Shown one piece after another: positions 54,099-64,000 of a DNA stretch of 64,000 nucleotides. Origin of the DNA: Eledone cirrhosa (lineage: Eukaryota); contig OZ024741.1 in assembly GCA_964016885.1 (NCBI GenBank), positions 266,042,001 to 266,106,000 of the forward strand, written 5' to 3'. The notes below the pieces were generated by a model. The model ran no database searches. It saw only the letters and a list, made by a program, of their open reading frames with translations, and was not told the DNA's origin. A program made the position numbers and the translations under genes. Position 1 is the stretch's first letter. Every line of letters starts with the position of its first letter.

Positions 54099-54640
54099 TA
54101 TATATTACACAAAGAGAAGTGTATTACACAGTGAGATGTGTGTAAAGAATTATTACAAGTGATTTTACCGTTACTGTATAGGGAACAATATCTACAGGTT
54201 AGCAATTAAATAGAAAAAAACCAATTCAGAATCAAATCTCTGGATTAGAGTTTTAAATCACAAACCTTATAACTATATTTTGCTGATACGAATCTAGCTT
54301 CGTTTCACCACTGATATGTGCAGTATCAGTTCACAGGATCCTCAGTCAGCAAATGCGAACACTGAACACTACACATCTAACCTCATGGATAGAGAGATTG
54401 CAAATAGACACGCTGGCCAGAGTAGGGCGAAATCACGTGTTATTTGCATCAAATAACGGCTCTCATGGATTGGGGAAGATGCTAGAAAGTGCAGCCCAAC
54501 CATTCGAATTTATTAGCTCAACAATTTGGAGCTCATTAAGTATACAAAGATCGGAATTAAGAGTAAAATCACTTGTAATAATTCTTTACACACATCTCAC
54601 TGTGTAACACACTTCTCTTTGTGTAATATATACCTGCATT
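54098..54640 (+). mobile_element. Fold-back PLE-like insertion, family H (long inverted arm carrying the HHR)
   Basis: 54098-54168 mirrors 54563-54633; right boundary of the tail uncertain. Confidence 0.75.
54280..54352 (-). ncRNA. Type I hammerhead ribozyme with stable stem III
   Basis: TTGCTGA-CTGAGGA-tcc...ACTGATA..TATCAGT-ggt-GAAA-CGAA gctaga TTCG-TA-TCAGCAA. Confidence 0.85.
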
Positions 54641-54960
54641 TGAGCTCAGAAGGAAATTCTCTATTCTTCTTTGAGCTAATACTATTATTATTATTACAGT
54701 GAACTGCGGAATACTCTTCCTCTTCCCTTCCTCTTCCCTTCCTACCTCCTTCTTTCTCTTATATCTAGTGTATAAAATATTTTCATTTCATTCTACTACA
54801 AAGGTCTGACGACATGGTGTGTTTTCTTACAGTGTACCTACGATTTATGATAATATTTTTATATTATTCAAATAGCGAGGTATAGGTAACCCATACACTA
54901 TAGAAATAATTGTTACCTAATAAATTCTTTATACCCGCATTTCCGTTTCATAAACTTCTT

Positions 54961-54994
<34 letters not shown>

Positions 54995-55062
54995 TATGAA
55001 GAGAGAAGGAACATTTAGATATAATTAGTAATAAAATGTATCATACCTAAACTGCTCCTAGA

Positions 55063-55153
55063 TTCCGCGACTACGTAGTTTCGTGGCATAAACAAAAACA
55101 GTACATCATAAAGATATAGAGCCTTTGCGAGGTCTGCCGACTTATCAAGAGGA
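55063..55153 (-). ncRNA. Hammerhead motif, U3-A8 variant, in a (TA)n-flanked insert (54992-55590)
   Basis: TCCTC-TTGATAA-GTcGGCA...TGCCAC-GAAA-CTACGTAG-TC-GCGGA. Confidence 0.65.
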
Positions 55154-56104
55154 TACCTCATTTTACTAGCTTCAAGAACGCTTCTACACGACGTGAGAAA
55201 GAATCCCAAAAGGCGGAGGGGGAGATAGTCACGCGATACAACGGTCGAGAAACAGAGCTAAGCCTCTTATAACCCCGAAGAAAATACCACGGAGGCGGAG
55301 GGGGTATTTATATCGAAGCCGTAGAAGAGGTGGTAAAGGAGGCGAGAAGTATGAGTAATGGCAGCTTTCCAGCAGTCACCACACTTCAAAGATTACTCGA
55401 CCAGGGGGAGTTATGAACAATATATTTAGAAACACACAGATACATGCGGACACACACATATACATGAATGCATCCACATCCAACCGTGAGTTAATGGTGC
55501 CAACCTTACCGATGTTGCTCAATGAATGACTGGGACAGACCAATCCAGTTGAACTAGACTGAACCAGTATCAGAGTTAAAAATATATTTATATTTATATA
55601 TATATATATATATAAATATTTATCAAATAACTGCGCACTCTGTACAATGGAGACGCTGTTGATTATTAATAACTATGAAACCCTAATTAACAAAAAAAGT
55701 GAATTATTCTCTAGTTGCCTCCACAAAGCTACGTCCACATTCTTAGCCTCCCACAAAACGAGAAAAAATGAGAGAGAAACACTTAACCATTAAAAACTTG
55801 GTTGTCAGACGTATATAATCAACAGGGAAAAACATTAATGGCCTTTAATATTGCATTATCTTATAATCTATCTATAGAAGAAATAACGCTTGAATGAAAA
55901 ACACTTGTTAAATAACATGCCGGAACACTGATATACATAATATTATAATTTTATTAATATTATTAATTTTGATCCATACCATTATTTCTTTATTTCTCTA
56001 TCTTTATCTTCCTATCTAAGGTTTAAATTTTAGTTTAATATCCAACCCATACATTTTTATGGAACTTATTTCTAACTGTGAATTTTTCATGTGTTTTTCA
56101 TTAT

Positions 56105-56692
56105 TATTTATTTCGAACTATGAATAATTAATGCATTTACACCCTGTTATATAGGTATATATTTAACTTTGCACGCTTCAATCTATTATATTTTTTTCGT
56201 TATCATTTACCTAAAATAATAATTAATAAATATCTATATACATAATCGTTAATTAAATATTTCTAACAATAAGTACTTCATAAGATTTACATACCATAAG
56301 TTGACAATGATTATCTGCGGTAAAGTTTATATTTAGGAAAATATTCAACAGTGTAAACTTTCCTTGCTTTTCTTATATATATATATGTATTTAACTATAA
56401 CACGTTCGAACTTTATTATATAAAATGATAACCGTTATCATTTACCTAAAGTAAACTGTATCAATAATACCTAATTTATATCAATAATACCTAATTTATA
56501 TCCATATAAACCTCCATGTATCATTCTATATATAATTTTTAGTTAAATTTATTGATTATCATTTATTTTGAACTATGAATAATCAATACATTTACACCCT
56601 GTTATATATAGGTATATATTTAATTTTAGCATGCCTAAATCTATCATCTTATTTTTATTTTCGTTATCATTTACCTAAAATATACAGACTCA

Positions 56693-56756
<64 letters not shown>

Positions 56757-56880
56757 ATAGTTATTTAAATATTTCTAACAATAAATACTTCATAAGATTT
56801 ACATACTATATATGTTGGTAATGAATATCTCCGGTAAAGCTTACATTTAGAAAAATATTCGACAGTGTAAACTTTATTTT
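56105..56880. repeat. Diverged AT-rich direct duplication (~260-300 bp)
   Basis: GAACTATGAATAAT..CATTTACACCCTGTTATATA...ACAGTGTAAACTTT occurs at ~56115-56360 and ~56570-56875. Confidence 0.75.
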
Positions 56881-56968
56881 CCGCTGGCCAGCTAAATCCT
56901 TTAAAATTCCGAAGTTTAGAAATGTTAAAACACTTATTGAATTTACAAAACTAATAAATAACCTGCAA

Positions 56969-56999
<31 letters not shown>

Positions 57000-57349
57000 C
57001 TAAAATCTTGATTCTTCACCCTAAAATAGCATAAATTAAATATTTTCAAACTTAACCGTTTAACTTTCGGAAAATCTCCTTCTACATATATTCCCTCTCT
57101 ATATATATATTATCTCAGCGGCTCTCATTGACCGCTTTCCCTGATAAATTGTACTATCATACATTTTAAAATCTCTATAACTGTTACATTAAGCAACGTT
57201 TTTCTTACTCACACATTCTCTATTGAATTTATTACGTTTTCGTATTTTCTCATTATTAGGGGATAAATGTTAAACTTTCTCTTAGGTTAATCACTACCTT
57301 GATTAAATCTTAACCATTTAACATCTCAGGGTATGTCATGTATCATTAT

Positions 57350-57406
57350 ATTTTGTCTGATGAGGACGTACTGTTTGTTGTACATCTGAAATATGTATAA
57401 TAAAAT
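57350..57406 (+). ncRNA. Type I hammerhead ribozyme
   Basis: ATTTTGT-CTGATGA-GGAcGTAC..GTACaTCT-GAAA-TATGTA-TA-ATAAAAT, ~45 nt before (TA)n. Confidence 0.8.
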
Positions 57407-57446
57407 GTAATTGATAAAAAGAACATCTATTTTATTAATATTTGTA

Positions 57447-57548
<102 letters not shown>

Positions 57549-57679
57549 AATGAACTAAAAAAGGAAAATTATAAGAAAAAACTCCCTTAAGCTCCATTAT
57601 TAATATATAGAGATCTGTCTATATATTAGAATATCTCTAAAAATTCTTCATTTTGGTTTCCTATCCATTATAAATTATA

Positions 57680-58145
57680 CAGTAGAACCTCGCAGTAGCA
57701 GTGCCCCATTTTACCAATAATTTGCTGCACAAGCCGAGGCTCGTGCGAATTTTTGTCTTATCATATGAGTGGAAATCCGCAATACGAGCGAGTTTCATAC
57801 AAGTGACCACTAGTCGGCGCTGAGCTCGCACACGCTCTCCCAGCAAGTGCAGCCTCCGCTCGCTCAGTTCACGCGTTTATCTCGTTGTGGCAGCATCTCT
57901 ATTGTGTTTTTCCAGTGTTCTTTTTGTTTTTGTGCGGGGTTTTTTTTTTGCTATTATTTTATAATAACTGCACCTTTTTTGCTTTAAAACCTACAAAAAA
58001 TGATTTTGGGGTGGTTTTAGGCGGCTGGAACGGATTATTTATATTTTAGTTAATTTTAATAGAGACAAATGATTTGTAAAACGAGTAAATCATAAAACGA
58101 GCTCGGTCATGGAACGAATTAAACTCGTAATGCGAAGTATTACTG
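57680..58145. mobile_element. Tigger/pogo-like MITE
   Basis: TA-CAGTAGAACCTCGCA ... TGCGAAGTATTACTG-TA termini. Confidence 0.7.
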
Positions 58146-58376
58146 TATATACTGTACAACTGAATTCATACATGTCGGATTTATTGACACAAAGTTTTAT
58201 TTCTAATAATGTACGGATTATACGTATGATGAACAGAATCGGATTTTTTTTGTTATTGTTGTTGTTGTTTTGTTTGTTTTTTGTTTTTGCTGATACATTA
58301 CTTTGTGGGCCTGGGGGAAGGACAGTGCCCTTGGCTTTTAAACACCCTCCAAGGACCGTTAAAATTTTACAATGTC

Positions 58377-58426
<50 letters not shown>

Positions 58427-58449
58427 ATATTGGTGGTGGTGTTAGTAGC

Positions 58450-58495
<46 letters not shown>

Positions 58496-58611
58496 TTGGT
58501 GGTGGTGGTTATAGCAGTATTGCTGGTGGTGAAGAGCTCACATTCTACTGAAAAAAAACCTTTCGACACTGAAGCGCTTGAATATTATACAAGTTAGCTA
58601 CAACAACAAGA

Positions 58612-58670
<59 letters not shown>

Positions 58671-58956
58671 AGTGTTTCTACTCTTTTCTAGTACTATATA
58701 TATATATATAATAAAAGTATGTATTCCTACATGTAAATAATACACATAGGGGTACAAGCATTTTCCAACCGTATGCTAGTGTGGTTCAATGGCAAGTTAA
58801 TAAATTAACAAGCCAGAACATATAAAATCAAGATCAAGCAAATAGAGAAAAAGTTTTAAAATAAATTTCAAAAAATTCACTGTACTTACTATATGTGCCT
58901 TTACTGCGGTTTCCGATCCTAAAATAAATAGATAATCCAAGCGGATTTCCATTGAG

Positions 58957-59005
<49 letters not shown>

Positions 59006-59280
59006 TTTTAAACTAGACATAAGATCATTACTTTTCACACATTATAGATACATGTCTCATTCATGAATACTGATATTTACATTATAATGCCTGTTTTATA
59101 CGAACTAATATTTTCTACAGGATGAAACATAGCATTTTTAAATTCTGCCTCGTTTATGTCTGGTTATTTTTCATTTTCTCTTTTTCATTTTCTCTTTTTT
59201 TTTTTTTTTTTTTCTCTCTCTATATAACGGCTATCTTCTCTCTTAACTACATACATCTCTCTTTACATTAATATTAGAGC

Positions 59281-59319
<39 letters not shown>

Positions 59320-59634
59320 ATGTATCAACCGATACTCAACTTCCTAGTTTCTCTATCTATCTCTATCTATCTCTTTCTTTTTTTTTTTTTTTCCTCTCTC
59401 TATATATATTTCTCTCTGTTTCTTTACATGAAGTTCTTCTCTTTATCTATCTTTCTATATCTCTCTATTTAGTCACATGCATTTCTTCTTTTTCTTCGTT
59501 TCTCTTTCTTTCTTTCTTTCTCTCTTTCTTTTTACAACTGTCCACAATATTTTTTACTGCCAAATCAACCTCCCAAATGCAAGGTGATTGAAAGGTATGT
59601 CGTATCTATTTATTTGTAAGACTGTTTATATTGT

Positions 59635-59698
59635 ATTTTGTCTGAAGAAGGCATAACATATTGTTAATATGATATCCCTGAAATATATATAACGAAAT
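59635..59698 (+). ncRNA. Type I hammerhead ribozyme (related to 57350)
   Basis: ATTTTGT-CTGAAGA-AGG...CCT-GAAA-TATATA-TA-ACGAAAT. Confidence 0.78.
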
Positions 59699-59990
59699 AA
59701 ATATGGTTTTATAAATATAGTTTCCATTTATTTAATATCATAAATATACTCCAAATACTTGTTGAGTGCTTTTATATCAGTTATAAATATTTACTCGTTG
59801 TTAACCCAACAATTTAAATATAACTTTCCATATATATATATATATATATATATAAAAGAAAGTGTGGTAAGGAACCAGGTGGACCATAACGCACCAGAGT
59901 ACTCGATACTTAGGGAAGTAGACTGGTGGGTTAGTTAGGATCTACATGTCGAAACAGCCGGAGCTCAGCCCTCGGGGTCCTGACTCTTTT

Positions 59991-60056
<66 letters not shown>

Positions 60057-60075
60057 AAAAGAGTCAGGACCAGTA

Positions 60076-60113
60076 CGAGCTGAAGAACCGCTAAGGTGAA
60101 ACAATTGTTCTCG
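60076..60113 (+). ncRNA. Minimal type I hammerhead ribozyme
   Basis: CGAG-CTGAAGA-ACCgctaaGGT-GAAA-CAATTG-TT-CTCG. Confidence 0.85.
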
Positions 60114-60143
60114 GTATGGTGAACTAACTGTTGTGTTACCACT

Positions 60144-60176
<33 letters not shown>

Positions 60177-60221
60177 AGTGAGAGAGAGAGTCAGATAGAT
60201 AGATATAGATGGATAGATATA

Positions 60222-60310
60222 TTTCTTTATTAGCCACAAGGGCGCACAAGAAAAAGGGACAATACAAAGACACATGCCGGGGATTTTACATACAGTCGTG
60301 TAAAAAATGT
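60222..60310 (-). mobile_element. Extreme 3' stub of an L1/Tx1 element in (GATA)n
   Basis: TTCTTTATTAGCCACAAGGG...GGGACAATACAAAG motif shared with 1655, 33940 and 42588. Confidence 0.7.
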
Positions 60311-60390
60311 TTAACATAGATATGGATAGATAGATAGATATATAGATAGAAACATACACACATATATGCATATATTATATCAAAATGTAC

Positions 60391-60426
<36 letters not shown>

Positions 60427-60610
60427 TTGTGTGTACGTACGCGCGTGTGTGTGTACGTGCGTGTGTATGTGTGTGTATCTGTGCGTGTGTTTCAATTGGA
60501 AGTCATTATGTTATCAATCCAACGTTTCTGAACAACCTGTCAGTTTTGCAATAAATGTTGTTGTGTACAACAGCTTTCTCTCACGTCTCTACCAATATCA
60601 CGTGCTCCTT

Positions 60611-60660
<50 letters not shown>

Positions 60661-60676
60661 CTATATATATATATAT

Positions 60677-61201
60677 TGTTATACTTTGGGAGGGTCATGT
60701 TGCCAATAAGAAACACACGCACCAGTCGCTTTCACTTCAATTTATTATAAATTAAATTATAAATTTTAAAAAAATTATAAATTTCCGGTTGGTTGGCTGG
60801 TTAGTTCCACAACCGGACGGTTGTTCATATATTGTCAAAGTTCTTTCGTCACACATTCTGTGACCTCATCTGTGACCGGGGATTATTTTCTTTGTTTTGT
60901 GCCTCTCCTTTGTTCTGTCCTACGCCATCTTGTTTTTGTGTGTGTTGCGTGCTTAGTTTGCGCATGTGTGACGAAAGAACTTTGACAATATATGAACAAC
61001 CGTCCGGTTGTGGAACTAACCAGCCAACCAACCGGAAATTTTTTAATTTTTTTAAATTTATAATTTAATTTATAATAAATTGGAGTGAAAGCAACTGGTG
61101 CGTGTGTTTCTTATTGGCAACATGACCCTCCCAAAGTATAACAATATCGGTTTCAACACACGTTTTCAGATAAAGAATCTTGCTAAACAAATTCAGGAAC
61201 G
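60677..61201 (+). mobile_element. Fold-back PLE-like insertion, family D copy 3 (HHR 60834-60876 on -, CAGATGA core)
   Basis: Same outer ends and tail as 26036 and 48877. Confidence 0.88.
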
Positions 61202-61265
<64 letters not shown>

Positions 61266-61269
<4 letters not shown>

Positions 61270-61503
61270 AATTGAGGTTGGTAATGGCACATGGAATATA
61301 TAAGAGACAGAATACTTTTTTGTGAAAAAACATATAATTTTATAAGGTAAGGAAATAATAAAGGGTATAATACCCTTTATTATTTCCTTACCTTATAAAA
61401 TTATGTTTTTTCACAAAAAAGTATTCTGTCTCTTATATATTCCATGTGCCATTACCAACCTCAATTTTCTCTATAACCTTCGTTTTGTGTAGAAAATTAC
61501 ACT

Positions 61504-61508
<5 letters not shown>
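61266..61508 (+). mobile_element. Fold-back insertion, family I (~100-bp arms, 1-nt spacer, ~38-nt tail)
   Basis: Palindrome centred near 61369; (TA)n on both sides. Confidence 0.82.
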
Positions 61509-61557
<49 letters not shown>

Positions 61558-61624
61558 TTATTTATATATATATATATATATTTATTTCGTTATATTACTC
61601 ACTCGAAATTCTTGATTACGTTCG

Positions 61625-61790
61625 GTGAATTGGCAGGGTCGGACACCATGCTTTGACGCATAGAGTTACGGCCCTTTCCATTCTGAGTTCAAATCCCGCC
61701 GAGTTTAACTTTGCCTTTCATCCTTACGGGGTCGATAAAATAAAGTACCAGTAATGTACCTGGTAATTGCTGGCCAAAAGTAGAAAAAAT
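61625..61790 (+). mobile_element. tRNA-derived SINE
   Basis: 7596 family. Confidence 0.85.
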
Positions 61791-61799
61791 TATTCTAAA

Positions 61800-62395
61800 A
61801 TCCTTCTTAGTGTCTTTAATTAGAATTGTGGTAGTGAAGGGGTTAAGTATTTGTATTTATCTAAAAACTTTTATTAAGAGATTTATGTAAGAACCTTTGT
61901 TATGTTATGTTCCAAACACCCGCTTAATAGCTTCAAAATTATTTGCAAATCATAAGCAGTCTTTTCACTAGAAATATGATAATGAAAGGTTTATAATTAA
62001 GTGACTATATTTATCTAAAAACTTTCCATCACAATCTTATGCAAGAACTTTTGTTATGTCATGTTCCAAACATCAGCTTAATACCGAGAAATTTAGTTAC
62101 ATTACTAAATCTCTCTCTATTGTTGATTATTTTCAAAACTATTTGAAAACCATAGGCAGTGTCTTTTTACTATAAATATGGTAATGAAAGGTTTATTAAA
62201 GTGGCTATATTTATCAAGAAACCTTCCATCATAATGTTATGCAAGAACCTTTGTTATGTTATATTCCAAATACCAGTTTAATATCGAGAAATTTATGTAT
62301 ATTACTAAATCTCTCAAAATTCTTCAATGTTTTCAAAATTATTTGAAAACCATAGTCAGTGAACTTTATTAGAAATATGGTAATGAAAGGGTTAA
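61800..62395. repeat. Three to four diverged tandem copies of a 150-200 bp AT-rich unit ending ATGAAAGGGTTAA
   Basis: AAGAACCTTTGTTATGTTATGTTCCAAACACC and AGAAATATGGTAATGAAAGG recur; also at 27680-27780 and 28000-28130. Confidence 0.7.
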
Positions 62396-62707
62396 GAGCC
62401 GTCCGTAGCAGTTCGTGCTTCAACCTGAAAAATCTTAACAAGGAAATCTCTGATGACATTTGACTTGTAACAAGACCACAGTGTGCATATCCGGTCACGT
62501 GACATCGTGGACGTGTATTCGTCGGCTGCAATAACGATGAGCGGAATTTGCATATGAAACGGCAGACGTTCGTGCAGTGAAATGAATGAGATGAGTGTAC
62601 ACACAGACAAACGCATGCACACATACACAAACAAAAAACAAACACACAAACACTCACATGCACAGATACCATATACGCACATAAGCACAGACACATGGAC
62701 ACACAGC

Positions 62708-62755
<48 letters not shown>

Positions 62756-63007
62756 GTGTATATATATACAGAGAAACAACAGTCTCTATCACTATTTATG
62801 CATGCACATTTGTAGTTCCTCGTCTGTAGATTAAGATGGAGATAAGGGAACATAAGGTGGAATTGTGGTGACATACGAGGAGGAGGAAGAAGGGGGAGGA
62901 GGGGGACGAGGGACGGGGGACGGGAACGGGAACGGGGACAGGGTAGAGGAGGGAAAGTAAATATAGAAAATCTGTTGACAGATTGCAGATTGGTAAGAGG
63001 ACGTCTG

Positions 63008-64000
63008 TCTGTATGTATATGTGTATGTATGTGTGTATGCATGTATGTATGTGTGTGTGTGTATGTGTGTGTGTGTATGTGTGCATGTATGTATGTGTGT
63101 ATGCATGTATGTATGTGTGTGTGTGTATGTGTGTGTGTGTATGTGTGTATGCATGCATGTATGTATGTGTGTATGTATGCATGTATGTATGTGTTTATGT
63201 ATGTATGGGTGGGTGTATGTGTATGCATGTATGTATGCATGTATGTATGTATGTGTATATGTATGTATGCATGTATGCATGTATGTATGTGTTTATGTAT
63301 GTATGGGTGTGTGTATGTGTTTATGTATGTATGGGTGTGTGTATGTGTGTGTGTATGTATGTATGCATGTATGTATGTATGTGTTTATGTATGTATGGGT
63401 GTGTGTGTGTGTGAGTGTGTATGTATGTATTCATGGATGTATGTGTGTATGTATGTATGCATGTATGTATGTGTTCATGTATGTATGGGTGTGTGTATGT
63501 GTGTATGTATGTATGCATGCATGTATGTATGTGTGTACGTATGTATGTATGCATGTATGTATGTATGTATGTGTTTATGTATGTATGGGTGTGTATGTGT
63601 GTGTATGTATGTATGCATGCATGTATGTATGTATGTATGTCTGTATGTATGTATGCATGTATGTATGTATGTGTTTATGTATGTATGGGTGTGTGTATGT
63701 GTGTATGTATGCATGCATGTATGTATGTGTGTACGTATGTATGTATGCATGTATGTATGTATGTGTTTATGTATGTATGGGTGTGTGTATGTGTGTATGT
63801 ATGCATGCATGCATGCATGTATGTATGTGTGTACGTATGTATGTATGTATGCATGTATGTATGTATGTGTGTATGCATGTATGTCTTTATCTATGTACGT
63901 ACGTATGAATCTATGTATGTATGTATGCATGTATGTATGTATATATATATATGTATATATGAATGTGTGTGTATGTATGTATGCATGTATGTATGTATAT
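63008..64000. repeat. Complex (TATG)n/(TG)n-derived satellite
   Basis: Direct inspection. Confidence 0.95.

Overview
Repeat-saturated eukaryotic genomic DNA. The (TA)n/(CA)n/(TACA)n microsatellite load and SINE types suggest a coleoid cephalopod such as Octopus (inference). The only host-gene piece I can support is the first coding exon of a vesicular monoamine transporter (VMAT/SLC18A, 50185-50311, +), followed by an intron of more than 13 kb. The rest is mobile DNA: two near-full-length degenerate L1/Tx1-type LINEs on the minus strand, one Penelope-like element (PLE) with an in-frame deletion of the RT core, a decayed mariner, RTE and R4/Dong fragments, Helitron-like and pogo/Tc1-like MITEs, and many tRNA-derived SINEs. 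Four observations stand out. (1) More than a dozen fold-back insertions sit in (TA)n tracts, with family-fixed outer ends and a 3' tail, and there are about 20 hammerhead ribozyme (HHR) motifs, including U3-A8 and A4 core variants. (2) Two homologous repeat families carry the HHR core nucleotides and covarying stems I and III in a reversed strand order matching none of types I-III. (3) A GTAAGT...polypyrimidine-AG splice cassette is conserved at the ORF1/ORF2 junction of both L1s. (4) A 12-unit tandem array of a SINE head has dimeric higher-order structure. All folds and alignments were done by eye, and coordinates may be off by a few bases.
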